Shown: positions 53,891 through 64,000 of the stretch, piece after piece
How positions within the stretch are numbered: position 1 is the stretch's first letter
Layout of the letters: every line of letters starts with the position of its first letter
From: Betaproteobacteria bacterium
Lineage (GTDB): Bacteria > Pseudomonadota > Gammaproteobacteria > Burkholderiales > Casimicrobiaceae
DNA length: 64,000 nt
Direction: 5' to 3'
NCBI GenBank assembly: GCA_005881895.1
Contig: VBCG01000050.1
Span: forward strand, 31,958-95,957
Translations under genes and position numbers: made by a program
Notes under the pieces: model-generated
What the model was told of the DNA's origin: nothing
The model's input: the letters and a program-made list of their open reading frames with translations, nothing else
Database searches by the model: none

Positions 53891-56189
53891 ATGTTGAACC
53901 TCGAAATCGACGGCAAGGCGGTGCAGGTACGAAACGGTGGCACCGTGATGGATGCGGCGAACAAGCTCGGCATCTACATTCCCTATTTCTGCTATCACAA
54001 GAAGCTGTCGATCGCGGCCAACTGTCGGATGTGCCTCGTGCAGGTCGAGAAGGCGCCGAAACCGTTGCCCGCGTGTGCAACGCCTGCGACCGAAGGGATG
54101 AAAGTCTGGACGCATTCGGACCAGGCGATTCAGGCGCAGAAAAGCGTGATGGAATTCTTGTTGATCAACCATCCGCTCGACTGCCCGATCTGCGATCAGG
54201 GCGGCGAATGCCAGTTGCAGGATCTCGCCGTAGGCTATGGCGGATCGTCGTCGCGGTATCGCGAGGCGAAGCGCGTCGTGTTTCGCAAGTATTTGGGCCC
54301 GCTGGTCGCCGCCGAAGAAATGACGCGCTGCATTCAGTGCACGCGCTGCGTCCGCTTCGGCCAGGAAATCGCCGGCATCATGGAGCTCGGCATGGTTGGG
54401 CGGGGCGAGCATGCGGAGATCGTCTCCTTTATCGGCAGGACCGTCGACTCCGAATTGTCGGGGAACTCAATCGATCTTTGTCCCGTCGGCGCGCTCACGT
54501 CGAGACCGTTCCGTTTCACCGCACGCCCGTGGGAATTGACGCGCCGCAAGAGCGTGTCACCCCACGATGGGCTGGGCAGCAATCTGATCGTGCAAGTTAA
54601 AGTCGATCGGGTGATGCGCGTGCTGCCGCTCGACAACGCCGCGATCAACGAATGCTGGCTCTCGGACAAGGACCGCTTCTCGTACGAAGCGTTGAATTCG
54701 GAAGAGCGACTCACCGCACCGATGATCAAGCGGGGCGGCGAATGGAAGGCCGTCGATTGGCAGACCGCGCTCGAATACGTGGCGAGCGGTCTCTCGGATG
54801 TTGTGGCGAAACATGGCGCCAATGCCGTGGGCACGCTCGTGTCGCCGCATTCGACGCTCGAGGAGCTCGCGTTGGCCGCTCGCTTCATGCGCGCCCTGGG
54901 CAGCGACAATATCGATTTTCGATTGCGGCAGATCGATTTCCGCGACGCCGGCAAACGTGCCGGGATTCCGTGGCTCGGAATGCCCATTGCGGACCTGAAT
55001 TCACTCGACCGCGCATTGGTCGTCGGCAGCTTTTTGCGCAAGGATCATCCGCTGCTCGCGCAACGGTTGCGGCAAGCGGCGAAGAAGGGCGCGGAAATTT
55101 CGTCGTTGCATTCGGTGGACGACGATTGGCTGATGCGCATCGCGCACAGGGCGATCGTGCCACCGTCGATGTTCGCGGCAACGCTTGCGCAGATCGTTGT
55201 CGCGGCTGCGCAACACGCGGGCAAGTCTGCGCCCTCTTCACTTTCGGGCACCGTCCCGACGGCCGCCGCGGAAGCCATCGCAACGAGTCTCGTGTTGGGA
55301 TCGAAGCGAGCGGTGCTCTTAGGCAACGTCGCGATCCAACATCCGGACGCAGCGCAAATCGCCGCGCTGGCACAGGCGCTGTGCGAAATGAGCCAACACA
55401 GTCGGGGGCTACCTTGCGAACGCGATGCCCCAGAACGGTGGTCTCGATGCCCAGGCGATGCTCGCCGACCCGCGTCGCGCGTATTTGCTGCTGCACGCGG
55501 AACCCGAATTCGATTGTGCAAATCCAGTCGTTGCGCGTGCCGCGCTGGAGAAGGCGGAACTCGTTGTCGTGATGAGCCCGTTCAAGCACGGGACGGCCTA
55601 CGCCGACGTGCTGCTCCCCGTCGCGCCCTTCACCGAAACGCCCGGCACGTTCATCAATTGCGAAGGACGTGTGCAGAGCTTCCACGCGGTCGTCTATCCC
55701 CGCGGCGAGACGCGGCCTGCGTGGAAAGTTTTGCGTGTGCTCGGGACGCTCCTGCGCCTTCCGGGATTCGACATTGATACTTCCGAAACCGTGCGCGACA
55801 GTGCATTGAGCGACGCAGGTCCCCTCGAGACGCGGCTGTCGAATGCGATTCGCGTCGAGATCACGCCGCCGGTCACGACCCCGGCGCCGCTCGAGCGCGT
55901 CGCCGACGTTCCGATCTATTTCGCCGATACGCTGGTGCGTCGCGCGATGTCGCTGCAGCAAACCGCCGACGCGCGGCCGCCGAAGGCACGGATGCATCGC
56001 TCGCTGCTGGACAAGCTCGGCGTGGCCGAGGGTGAGCAAGTGAAGCTCAAGCAGGGGCGTGGCGAAGCGGTGCTCGCAGCCTCGGTCGACGCGGCGGTTC
56101 CTCCCGGCGTCATTCGCGTCGCGGCTGCGCACGCGTCGACGTGCGGCCTCGAAGGTCTGTCCGGACCGGTGACAGTGGAGCGCGCATGA
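53891..56189 (+). pseudogene. nuoG: NADH-quinone oxidoreductase subunit G, reading frame broken by a 1-nt shift near 55388-55395 (possible assembly error)
   Basis: The N-terminal part runs MLNLEIDGK..CYHKKLSIAANCRMCLV..HPLDCPICDQGGECQLQD through ..AALAQALCE in frame 2. The conserved continuation ANTVGGYLANAMPQNGGLDAQAML...VVVMSPFKH...GPVTVERA is in frame 0, which is open from 55392. Track ORFs are 53762-55777 and 55425-56189. Confidence 0.9.
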
Positions 56190-56295
56190 GCAGCAGTTGT
56201 CGCGCCGCCGCAGGGCCGCCCCAAGGCGGCGGCGGTCGAGAAGTTCCCGCGCAAAGTATCGTGGGAGCGCAGCGACCGAAACTTTGCGCGGAATC
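56185..56295 (+). repeat. intergenic structured repeat, copy R7 (5' module plus a different 3' hairpin) between nuoG and nuoH
   Basis: CATGAGC...CGCCGCC-[GCAGGGCCGCCCCAA]-GGCGGCG, followed by TTCCCGCGCAAAGT...ACTTTGCGCGGAA. Confidence 0.65.
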
Positions 56296-56298
56296 CCC

Positions 56299-57399
56299 AT
56301 GATCGAGCAGCACGTGCTGAGCGCATTCGCGACGATATGGGGGCCGTGGTGGGATCCCGTGTGGTCGTTCGTCCGCCCCGTGTGGCCGGGCATCTGGACA
56401 CTGACCAAAATCGTTGCGATCGCCATTCCGCTCATTCTTTCCGTCGCGTACTTGACGCTCGCCGAGCGCAAAGTCATCGGTTGGATGCAGGTGCGTATCG
56501 GTCCCAATCGCGTGGGTCCGCTCGGACTGCTGCAGCCGTTCGCCGACGTGCTCAAGATGCTGTTCAAGGAAATCATCGTTCCGACCGGCGCCAATCGCTG
56601 GCTGTTTTTCATTGCGCCGATGTTGTCGCTCGCGCCCGCGCTCGCCGCATGGGCGGTGATCCCGTTCTCCGAGTCGCTCGTGCTGTCCAACATCAACGCG
56701 GGTCTCTTATACATACTCGCGATGACGTCGATGGGTGTGTACGGCATCATCCTCGCCGGCTGGGCGTCCAACTCGAAATACGCGTTTCTGGGATGCCTTC
56801 GCTCCGCTGCGCAGATCGTGTCGTACGAAATCGCGATGGGGTTCGCGCTCGTCGGCGTGTTGATGGTCGCTAACAGTCTCAACCTGGGCGACATCGTGCG
56901 CGGGCAGGAAGGCGGCGCGGCGCAGTGGTACCTGTGGCCACTGCTGCCGCTGTTCGTCGTTTACATCGTATCGGGGATCGCGGAGACCAACCGCCATCCC
57001 TTCGATGTCGCCGAAGGCGAATCGGAAATCGTCGCGGGCTTCCACGTCGAATATTCGGGAATCATGTTCGCGCTCTTTTTCCTGGCCGAGTACATGAACA
57101 TGATCCTGGTGTCGGCGTTGGCCTCCGTCATGTTCCTCGGCGGATGGCTCTCGCCGCTGCCGATCCTGAACGATGTCGAAGTGTTCGGCGTCCACCCATT
57201 TGGCGACAGCATCCTGTGGCTGGGGCTGAAGACATCGGCAGTGCTGTTCATGTTCTTGTGGGTCCGCGCGACCTTTCCGCGCTACCGTTATGATCAAATC
57301 ATGCGGCTCGGCTGGAAGGTGTTCATTCCGGTGACGCTGGTGTGGATCGTGTTTTTGGGCGTCATGATGCAAACGCGCTGGGCGTATTTGTTCCATTGA
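56299..57399 (+). CDS. nuoH: NADH-quinone oxidoreductase subunit H
   Basis: ATG at 56299. Contains [29 protein letters not shown] and [15 protein letters not shown]. Confidence 0.95.
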   Translation: MIEQHVLSAFATIWGPWWDPVWSFVRPVWPGIWTLTKIVAIAIPLILSVAYLTLAERKVIGWMQVRIGPNRVGPLGLLQPFADVLKMLFKEIIVPTGANRWLFFIAPMLSLAPALAAWAVIPFSESLVLSNINAGLLYILAMTSMGVYGIILAGWASNSKYAFLGCLRSAAQIVSYEIAMGFALVGVLMVANSLNLGDIVRGQEGGAAQWYLWPLLPLFVVYIVSGIAETNRHPFDVAEGESEIVAGFHVEYSGIMFALFFLAEYMNMILVSALASVMFLGGWLSPLPILNDVEVFGVHPFGDSILWLGLKTSAVLFMFLWVRATFPRYRYDQIMRLGWKVFIPVTLVWIVFLGVMMQTRWAYLFH

Positions 57400-57410
57400 C
57401 CGGTGCCGCC

Positions 57411-57902
57411 ATGCTCCAGCGCATTCGCGACCTCTTCGGCACGTGGCTCCTGATCGAGCTGCTGCAGGGATTGCGGCTCACCGGCCGTCACATGTTCCAG
57501 CGCAAGGTGACCGTGCAATTTCCCGAGGAAAAGACGCCGCAGGGCCCGCGTTTCCGTGGACTGCACGCGCTGCGCCGCTACCCAAACGGCGAAGAGCGTT
57601 GCATCGCCTGCAAGCTTTGTGAGGCGATCTGTCCTGCACTAGCGATCACGATCGAATCGGAGCAGCGCGCCGATGGTACGCGCCGGACAACGCGATACGA
57701 CATCGATCTAACCAAGTGCATTTTTTGCGGCATGTGCGAGGAGAGCTGCCCCGTCGATTCGATCGTCGAGACGCGCATCCTCGAATACCATGGCGAGCGC
57801 CGCGGCGACCTTTACTACACGAAGGACATGCTGCTCGCGATCGGCGACCGGTATGAAGCGCAGATCGCCGCCGACCGGGCGGAAGACGCGAAGTATCGGT
57901 GA
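57411..57902 (+). CDS. nuoI: NADH-quinone oxidoreductase subunit I
   Basis: ATG at 57411. The two 4Fe-4S motifs are [12 protein letters not shown] and [12 protein letters not shown]. Confidence 0.95.
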   Translation: MLQRIRDLFGTWLLIELLQGLRLTGRHMFQRKVTVQFPEEKTPQGPRFRGLHALRRYPNGEERCIACKLCEAICPALAITIESEQRADGTRRTTRYDIDLTKCIFCGMCEESCPVDSIVETRILEYHGERRGDLYYTKDMLLAIGDRYEAQIAADRAEDAKYR

Positions 57903-58507
57903 CGACGATGACGTTCTTCACCTTCACGTTCTACGCATTCGCCTTGATCCTGGTGTTCGCCGGCTTACGGGTGATCACTACGCGCAATCCCGTTCATGCC
58001 GCGTTGTGGCTGGTATTGAGCTTTTTCACCGCCGCGGCGATATGGATTCTTTTGCAAGCCGAGTTCCTCGCGATCACGCTCGTGCTCGTTTATGTCGGCG
58101 CGGTCATGGTGCTGTTCCTGTTTGTCGTGATGATGCTCGACGTGAATTTCGACAGCCTGCGACGGCAATTTCGCAGTTACCTTCCGCAGGGTGTGATTGT
58201 GGGCGCGCTGGTGCTGCTCGAGATGACGCTAGCGGTGGTGTCGAGCGCGATCGGCGCGGCGCAGATCGCGCCGCCGCTGCCGACGGGAAGCAACACGAAG
58301 GCGCTCGGCTCGCTCCTTTATGTCGATTACGTCTATCCATTCGAGATCGCGGCGGTCGTGCTGTTGGTCGCCATCATCGCCGCGATCACGTTGACTCACC
58401 GCAAGCGCAAGGCAACGAGGTATCAGGACCCAGCTGTACAGGCGAACGTGCGCCGCGAGGATCGCGTGCGGATCGTGCAGATGCCGGCCGAAAAAAGCGA
58501 GACGTAG
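57899..58507 (+). CDS. nuoJ: NADH-quinone oxidoreductase subunit J
   Basis: 202 aa, either GTG 57899 overlapping the nuoI stop or ATG 57908. Contains [13 protein letters not shown]...[17 protein letters not shown]. Confidence 0.9.
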   Translation: MTTMTFFTFTFYAFALILVFAGLRVITTRNPVHAALWLVLSFFTAAAIWILLQAEFLAITLVLVYVGAVMVLFLFVVMMLDVNFDSLRRQFRSYLPQGVIVGALVLLEMTLAVVSSAIGAAQIAPPLPTGSNTKALGSLLYVDYVYPFEIAAVVLLVAIIAAITLTHRKRKATRYQDPAVQANVRREDRVRIVQMPAEKSET

Positions 58508-58550
58508 GGAGTCGGCGCGAACGCGCCGGGCGAAGAAGAAGGAGAACGGG

Positions 58551-58871
58551 ATGTCGATCTTTACTGCGCCGACGCTTGCCCACTATCTGGTGCTGGGCGC
58601 GATCCTGTTCGCCATCTCGATCGCCGGCATCTTCATCAACCGCCGCAACGTCATCATCATGTTGATGGCGATCGAGTTGATGCTGCTCGCGGTCAATCTG
58701 AACTTCATCGCGTTCTCGCGCTATCTCGGCGACATGTCGGGGCAGGTGTTCGTCTTCTTCATCCTGACGGTCGCCGCCGCCGAGTCGGCGATCGGCCTGG
58801 CGATCCTCGTGCTGCTGTTCCGCAACGTTGGCTCGATCGACGTCGAAGATCTGGACGCGCTCAAGGGATAG
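58551..58871 (+). CDS. nuoK: NADH-quinone oxidoreductase subunit K
   Basis: 106 aa. Contains [16 protein letters not shown] and [15 protein letters not shown]. Confidence 0.95.
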   Translation: MSIFTAPTLAHYLVLGAILFAISIAGIFINRRNVIIMLMAIELMLLAVNLNFIAFSRYLGDMSGQVFVFFILTVAAAESAIGLAILVLLFRNVGSIDVEDLDALKG

Positions 58872-58873
58872 GG

Positions 58874-60892
58874 ATGCAAACCCTTTATCTCGTGGTCCCG
58901 CTTGCGCCGCTCGCTGCGGCGATTCTGGTCGGGCTGTTCGGGGCCAAGCTAGGCCGCGCCGCATCGCATTCATTGTGTATCGCCGGCGTCGCAGTTTCTA
59001 CCGTGGCGTCCTATTTCGTCTGGCGGGACGTCGGCGCCGGGCACACGTTCAACGGCGACGTCTACATTTGGCTGCAGTCCGGCGGACTCAAGCTGGCGAT
59101 CGGATTTCTGATCGATCCGCTGACGGCGACGATGATGTTGGTCGTGTCGTTCGTGTCGCTGATGGTGCACGTCTACACGATCGGCTACATGGCCGATGAT
59201 CCCGGCTACACGCGCTTCTTCGCCTACATATCGCTCTTCACGTTCTCGATGCTGATGCTCGTGATGAGCAACAACTTCCTCCAGCTCTTCTTCGGGTGGG
59301 AGGCGGTCGGGCTCGTATCGTATCTGCTGATCGGCTTCTGGTATACGCGCGAAAGCGCGATCTACGCGAACCTCAAAGCGTTCCTTGCCAATCGCGTCGG
59401 TGACTTCGGCTTTGTGCTGGGTATCGGTCTGATCCTCGCCTACTTCGGCACGCTGGAGTACGCGCCCGTGTTCGCGCAGGCCGCGAAATTCGAATCGATA
59501 ACACTCAACGTCGGCGGCGCTACGACGTGGTCGCTGATGTCGGTCATCTGCGTTTGCCTGTTCATCGGCGCGATGGGCAAGAGCGCGCAGGTTCCGCTGC
59601 ATGTCTGGCTGCCGGACTCGATGGAAGGCCCGACGCCGATCTCGGCGCTGATCCACGCGGCAACGATGGTCACCGCCGGCATCTTCATGGTCGCGCGGAT
59701 GAGTCCGCTGTTTGAACTATCGGACACTGCGCTGTCGTTCGTCACGGTGATCGGCGCGACCACCGCATTGTTCATGGCGTTTCTCGGCATCGTCCAAAAC
59801 GACATCAAGCGCGTGATCGCCTATTCAACGCTGTCGCAGCTGGGTTATATGACCGTCGCACTCGGCGTCTCCGCGTATTCGGCAGCGATCTTCCATCTGA
59901 CGACGCATGCATTCTTCAAGGCGCTGCTGTTCCTGTGCGCGGGCTCGGTGATCATCGCGCTGCACCACGAGCAGGACATGCGCAAGATGGGGGGTCTCGC
60001 CAAATTCATGCCCATTACATGGGTGACGGCGATCATCGGCTCGCTGGCGCTGGCGGGTGTGCCGCCTTTCGCCGGATTCTTCTCGAAAGATGCAATCATC
60101 GAGGCGGTTCATTTATCGCAGATTCCCGGCCACGGCTACGCGTACTTCGCGGTGATGACAACCGTGTTCGTCACGGCGTTTTATACGTTCCGAATGCTGT
60201 TTCTGACGTTCCATGGGAAGGAACGCTTTGGCGCAGCAGGGCATGAAGAAGCCGAGCATGCGCATGACGCATCGTCGAGCGCCGGCGCTGAACCGGGCAT
60301 GCATCCGCTCGCAGAGGGTCCGCCAAAGGAATCACCGTGGGTCGTCACCGTGCCGCTGATTCTGCTGGCGATACCGTCGATCTACACGGGATGGGTGTAC
60401 ATCGAGCCGATGCTGTTCGGCGACTACTATGGCTCGTCGATTGTCGTGTTGGAGCGTCACGCGGTGCTGAAGGAGCTTGGCGGCGAATGGCGCGGTGTGG
60501 GCGCGTTCATCACGCATGGTTTGCTGAGTGCGCCGTTCTGGCTTGCCGTGGCCGGCATCGTAGCGGCGTGGTACTGCTACCTGATCAATCCCGCGTTGCC
60601 CGAACGCCTGCAACAGTTGGCCGGCGGCGTCTACACGCTGCTCGACAACAAGTATTACTTCGACAAGTTCAACGATTGGTTCTTCGCCGGCGGCGCGCGT
60701 GAAGTTGGGGGCGTCGCATCGAACGTTGGCGATCGAACAATCATCGACGGATGGATGGTCAACGGATCGGCACGGCTCATCGGCTGGACATCCGCGCTGA
60801 TGCGCCAGCTGCAAACCGGTTACATCTATCACTACGCGCTGTCGATGGTCATCGGTGTCGTTGCATTGCTCACGTGGTGGGTCGTTCGGTAG
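58874..60892 (+). CDS. nuoL: NADH-quinone oxidoreductase subunit L
   Basis: 672 aa. Contains FFGWEAVGLVSYLLIGFW and GKSAQVPLHVWLPDSMEGPTPISALIHAATMV. Confidence 0.95.
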   Translation: MQTLYLVVPLAPLAAAILVGLFGAKLGRAASHSLCIAGVAVSTVASYFVWRDVGAGHTFNGDVYIWLQSGGLKLAIGFLIDPLTATMMLVVSFVSLMVHVYTIGYMADDPGYTRFFAYISLFTFSMLMLVMSNNFLQLFFGWEAVGLVSYLLIGFWYTRESAIYANLKAFLANRVGDFGFVLGIGLILAYFGTLEYAPVFAQAAKFESITLNVGGATTWSLMSVICVCLFIGAMGKSAQVPLHVWLPDSMEGPTPISALIHAATMVTAGIFMVARMSPLFELSDTALSFVTVIGATTALFMAFLGIVQNDIKRVIAYSTLSQLGYMTVALGVSAYSAAIFHLTTHAFFKALLFLCAGSVIIALHHEQDMRKMGGLAKFMPITWVTAIIGSLALAGVPPFAGFFSKDAIIEAVHLSQIPGHGYAYFAVMTTVFVTAFYTFRMLFLTFHGKERFGAAGHEEAEHAHDASSSAGAEPGMHPLAEGPPKESPWVVTVPLILLAIPSIYTGWVYIEPMLFGDYYGSSIVVLERHAVLKELGGEWRGVGAFITHGLLSAPFWLAVAGIVAAWYCYLINPALPERLQQLAGGVYTLLDNKYYFDKFNDWFFAGGAREVGGVASNVGDRTIIDGWMVNGSARLIGWTSALMRQLQTGYIYHYALSMVIGVVALLTWWVVR

Positions 60893-62365
60893 ATGGCCCC
60901 CTATCTTTCACTCGCCGTGTGGGTGCCGATCGTCGCCGGCCTGGTAGCGCTCGCGATCGGTCGCGACCGTGAACCCGCACCTGTCCGCTGGGTCGCATTG
61001 GTCGGCGCCGTTGCCGGATTTCTGGTCACGATCCCGTTGTACACACACTTCGACGCCACAACGAGCGCCATGCAGTTCGTTGAGCTGGCCGAGTGGATCC
61101 CGCGCTTCGGCATTCACTATCATCTGGGCGTCGACGGCATCTCGGTGCTGTTCATTTTGCTCAACAGCTTCATTACGGTGCTGGTCGTGTGGGCGGGATG
61201 GGAAGTGATCACCACGCGCGTTGCGCAATACATGGGCGCATTCCTGATCCAGTCAGGCCTCATCAACGGCGTGTTCTGTGCGCTCGACGGCATTCTGTTC
61301 TATTTCTTTTTCGAAGCGATGCTGATCCCGATGTACCTGATCATCGGCGTATGGGGCGGACCGAATCGCATGTACGCGGCGATCAAGTTCTTTCTCTACA
61401 CGCTGGTGGGATCGCTGCTGACGCTGGTCGCGCTGATCTATCTGTACAGCGTTTCCGACAGCTTCGAGATCCTCGACTGGTATCAGGTGCCGCTCGCACT
61501 CAAGACGCAGGTGCTGTTGTTCGTCGCCTTTTTCCTCGCCTTTGCGGTCAAGGTGCCGATGTGGCCGGTTCACACATGGCTGCCTGACGCTCACGTGGAG
61601 GCGCCGACCGGTGGCTCCGTCGTACTTGCGGCCATTACCTTGAAGGTCGGCGCGTATGGCTTCGTGCGCTTCGTGCTGCCGATCCTGCCCGACGCGTCGC
61701 GCTACCTCGCGGGTTTCGTCATCACGCTGTCGCTGATCGCCGTCATCTACATCGGCTTCGTTGCGCTCGTGCAGGATGACATGAAGAAGCTGATCGCCTA
61801 CTCGTCGATCTCGCATATGGGTTTTGTCACGCTCGGGTTTTTCCTGTTCAGCCAACTCGGCGTCGAGGGCGGGCTTGCCCAGATGATCTCGCACGGATTT
61901 GTGTCGGCCGCGTTGTTCCTTTGCGTCGGCGTGATGTACGACCGCTTGCACAGCCGTCTGATTTCCGATTACGGCGGCGTCGTCAATACGATGCCCAAAT
62001 TCGCCGCGTTCATGATGTTGTTTGCAATGGCCAACTCGGGTTTGCCGGCGACGTCGGGGTTCGTCGGCGAGTTTCTCGTAGTCCTGGCGTCGATCAAAGT
62101 GAACTTCTGGCTCGGTTTTCTCGCAGCAACGATCATGATCCTTGGCGCCGCTTACACGCTGTGGATGTACAAGCGCGTCATTTTCGGTGCGGTGGCGAAC
62201 AGCGGCGTCGCATCGATGCCCGATCTCAATCGACGCGAATTCTGGCTGCTCGCGCTGGTCGCGCTGGCGATTCTCGCGATGGGTGTATGGCCCAAGCCGT
62301 TCATCGACGTCATGCACGTTTCCGTTGCGGACCTGCTCGCGCACGTCGCGAAGACGAAGCTCTGA
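60893..62365 (+). CDS. nuoM: NADH-quinone oxidoreductase subunit M
   Basis: 490 aa. Contains VKVPMWPVHTWLPDAHVEAPTGGSVVLAAI. Confidence 0.95.
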   Translation: MAPYLSLAVWVPIVAGLVALAIGRDREPAPVRWVALVGAVAGFLVTIPLYTHFDATTSAMQFVELAEWIPRFGIHYHLGVDGISVLFILLNSFITVLVVWAGWEVITTRVAQYMGAFLIQSGLINGVFCALDGILFYFFFEAMLIPMYLIIGVWGGPNRMYAAIKFFLYTLVGSLLTLVALIYLYSVSDSFEILDWYQVPLALKTQVLLFVAFFLAFAVKVPMWPVHTWLPDAHVEAPTGGSVVLAAITLKVGAYGFVRFVLPILPDASRYLAGFVITLSLIAVIYIGFVALVQDDMKKLIAYSSISHMGFVTLGFFLFSQLGVEGGLAQMISHGFVSAALFLCVGVMYDRLHSRLISDYGGVVNTMPKFAAFMMLFAMANSGLPATSGFVGEFLVVLASIKVNFWLGFLAATIMILGAAYTLWMYKRVIFGAVANSGVASMPDLNRREFWLLALVALAILAMGVWPKPFIDVMHVSVADLLAHVAKTKL

Positions 62366-62366
62366 C

Positions 62367-63815
62367 ATGGCGTTCGCCGAGAACCTGCTCGCCGTATTGC
62401 CGGAGGTCGTCATTCTGACGTCGGCAGCGCTCATTCTGATTGTCGATCTCTTCATCGACGACGAGCGGCGACACATCACCTATTGGCTGACGCAGCTCGC
62501 GCTGTTGATTGCCGCCTGCGTAACGTTGAAAACGACGCAGCTCGACATCGTCAAAGCGTTTCACAACATGGTCGTCGACGATATGCTCGCCGACCTCCTG
62601 CGAATGACGAGCTTTGTCGCAGTTTCGCTGATGCTGTTCTATTCGCGCAGCTATCTGCTTGCACGAGGCCTGTTCCGCGGCGAAACGTTCGTATTGACGC
62701 TGTTCGTCCTGCTCGGCATCCAGGTGATCATCTCCGGCAACAGCTTCCTCACGCTCTACCTCGGCGTCGAATTGATGTCGCTCTCGCTGTACGCGCTGGT
62801 CGCGCTCGAGAAAGAGCGTTCCGGTCCCGCCGAGGCGTCGATGAAGTATTTCGTGCTCGGGGCGCTTGCCTCGGGCGTGCTGCTCTACGGCATGTCGATG
62901 GTTTACGGAGCAACCGGCACGCTCGACATCGATCTTGTCGCGCGCGCGATCCTCGCCAAGCAAGGCAATTCGCTGCTTTTGACATTCGGGCTTGTTTTTG
63001 TCGTATCGGGCGTCGCCTTTAAGCTGGGCGTCGTGCCGTATCACATGTGGATCCCGGACGTCTACGACGGCGCACCAACCGCCATAACGCTTTTGATTGG
63101 CACGGCGCCCGAGTTCGCCGGCTTCGCGCTCACGTTGCGTCTTCTGTCCGGCGCGCTGCAAGGACTGGCGATCGACTGGCAAGGCATGCTGATCATCCTG
63201 TCGCTGCTATCGATGGTCCTCGGCAATGTCGTCGCGATCGCGCAGTCGAGTATCAAGCGCATGCTTGCCTATTCGACGATTGCGCATATGGGATTCATGC
63301 TGATGGGATTTCTCGCCGCCGATCTGAACGGGTATTCGGCGGCGATGTTCTACACGGTGACCTATGTGCTGACGAGCCTCGTGTCGTTCGGCATGATCAT
63401 GGTTCTGTCGCGGATCGGATTCGAGGCCGACCGGCTTGACGACTTCAAGGGGCTGAACCAGCGTTCGCCGTGGTGGGCGTTCATCATGCTGCTGGTGATG
63501 TTTTCGCTTGCCGGCATCCCGCCTACCGTCGGGTTCTATGCGAAGTTCACCGTGATCGAGGCGGCGATCAATGCTGGCTTTCTATGGCTGGCGGTCGTCG
63601 CGGTCGTCACGTCGCTCATCGGCGCGTTCTACTATCTGCGCATCGTCAGGTTGATGTATTTCGAGGACCCCGTCGATCGGTCGCCGCTCGAAACGCGCGC
63701 CGACGCGCGAACGCTCCTGTCGGCGAATGGGCTGTTGCTGCTATTGCTCGGGATATTGCCGCAGCCGCTGATGGGCATTTGCGTGATCGCGCTGACGCAA
63801 TCGAACTTCCTGTAG
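62367..63815 (+). CDS. nuoN: NADH-quinone oxidoreductase subunit N
   Basis: ATG at 62367 within track ORF 62142-63815. Contains KYFVLGALASGVLLYGMSMVYG and FKLGVVPYHMWIPDVYDGAPT. Confidence 0.93.
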   Translation: MAFAENLLAVLPEVVILTSAALILIVDLFIDDERRHITYWLTQLALLIAACVTLKTTQLDIVKAFHNMVVDDMLADLLRMTSFVAVSLMLFYSRSYLLARGLFRGETFVLTLFVLLGIQVIISGNSFLTLYLGVELMSLSLYALVALEKERSGPAEASMKYFVLGALASGVLLYGMSMVYGATGTLDIDLVARAILAKQGNSLLLTFGLVFVVSGVAFKLGVVPYHMWIPDVYDGAPTAITLLIGTAPEFAGFALTLRLLSGALQGLAIDWQGMLIILSLLSMVLGNVVAIAQSSIKRMLAYSTIAHMGFMLMGFLAADLNGYSAAMFYTVTYVLTSLVSFGMIMVLSRIGFEADRLDDFKGLNQRSPWWAFIMLLVMFSLAGIPPTVGFYAKFTVIEAAINAGFLWLAVVAVVTSLIGAFYYLRIVRLMYFEDPVDRSPLETRADARTLLSANGLLLLLLGILPQPLMGICVIALTQSNFL

Positions 63816-64000
63816 TTCTCACCACCGTACCCCGCGCCAGGAGTATGGGCGGCGAGAACCACTGCACGGTCGTCGCCACTTCACTTTTTAGAGTCGGCCG
63901 TCCTGAGCGATGCCGGTTGCGCCGCTGTCGGCCCGGCTGGGCCCTGCTCGCCGTTTCTCGCATAATTCCAGTAATCCAAGCTCCAAATCGTCCTCGTTCG

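Noticed and set aside
50426-62479. Very long antisense ORFs across the nuo operon (50426-51973, 54885-56894, 61253-62479), with similar ones elsewhere (189-1448, 16577-17698, 18628-19755, 35821-37086)
   Set aside because: Each lies opposite a highly conserved, motif-bearing gene and has Arg/Ala/Gly/Pro-rich low-complexity composition. This is typical of non-coding frames in high-GC DNA.
63816-64000. Possible gene at the window end: a + strand ATG at 63846 after CAGGAG, or a minus-strand C-terminus ending at TGA (complement 63881-63883)
   Set aside because: Only about 40-50 codons are visible and neither translation resembles a family I recognise. The available sequence is too short to decide. 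A weak hairpin plus T5 run (about 63849-63890) may simply be the nuoN terminator.

Overview
GC-rich, almost fully coding chromosomal segment. Gene content and order suggest a Burkholderiales-type betaproteobacterium: a split-arnA L-Ara4N operon, Bug/TctCBA, and tpiA-secG-tRNA-Leu(GAG)-nuoA..N. This is an inference from synteny only. I call about 62 protein genes and 1 tRNA. I see no rRNA, CRISPR, IS, integrase, prophage or recognisable defence island, so this reads as core genome rather than an accessory island.

Layout:
- 1-8238 (-): bcp and the arnT-arnE-arnB-arnC-arnA(FT)-DUF1211-arnA(DH)-arnD lipid A modification operon.
- 8354-12239 (+): cysS and an orphan hybrid histidine kinase.
- 12252-15130 (-): cob(I)alamin adenosyltransferase, ECF sigma, RskA-type anti-sigma and a truncated SRPBCC gene, with a 480-bp tandem duplication.
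- 15252-18534 (+): acyl-CoA synthetase (frameshifted), enoyl-CoA hydratase and a retropepsin-like protease.
- 18568-28123 (+): an acetate-permease (DUF485-actP) cluster wrapped in unusual signalling genes.
- 28234-32974 (+): Liv-type ABC transporter, followed by a MORN-like protein and an FAH-family hydrolase.
- 34674-37275 (+): Cfa-like methyltransferase plus DHCR24-like flavoprotein.
- 37453-47147 (+): Dpp-type ABC transporter with an FGase-family hydrolase, then tctCBA.
- 47974-63815 (+): tpiA, secG, tRNA-Leu and nuoA-N, with nuoG frameshifted.

Most interesting observations:
- The actP-linked signalling module. It contains an SLC5-domain kinase, a CBS-DUF294 nucleotidyltransferase, a lone receiver, and a HAMP-PAS-pseudokinase fused to a catalytically intact DnaQ-type exonuclease. 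Its function is unknown.
- A dispersed intergenic repeat family with at least 8 copies, all in the same orientation. Its first hairpin keeps a conserved 15-nt loop while the stems covary.
- A 480-bp tandem duplication seeded by a 14-nt microhomology that encodes VWRAL in two unrelated genes.
- A BfaB/BfaA-like gene pair suggesting 10-methyl fatty acid synthesis.
- A 38-codon ORF bridging nuoG and nuoH with ATGA overlaps at both ends.

All homology statements come from reading the translated ORFs by eye. No searches were run.
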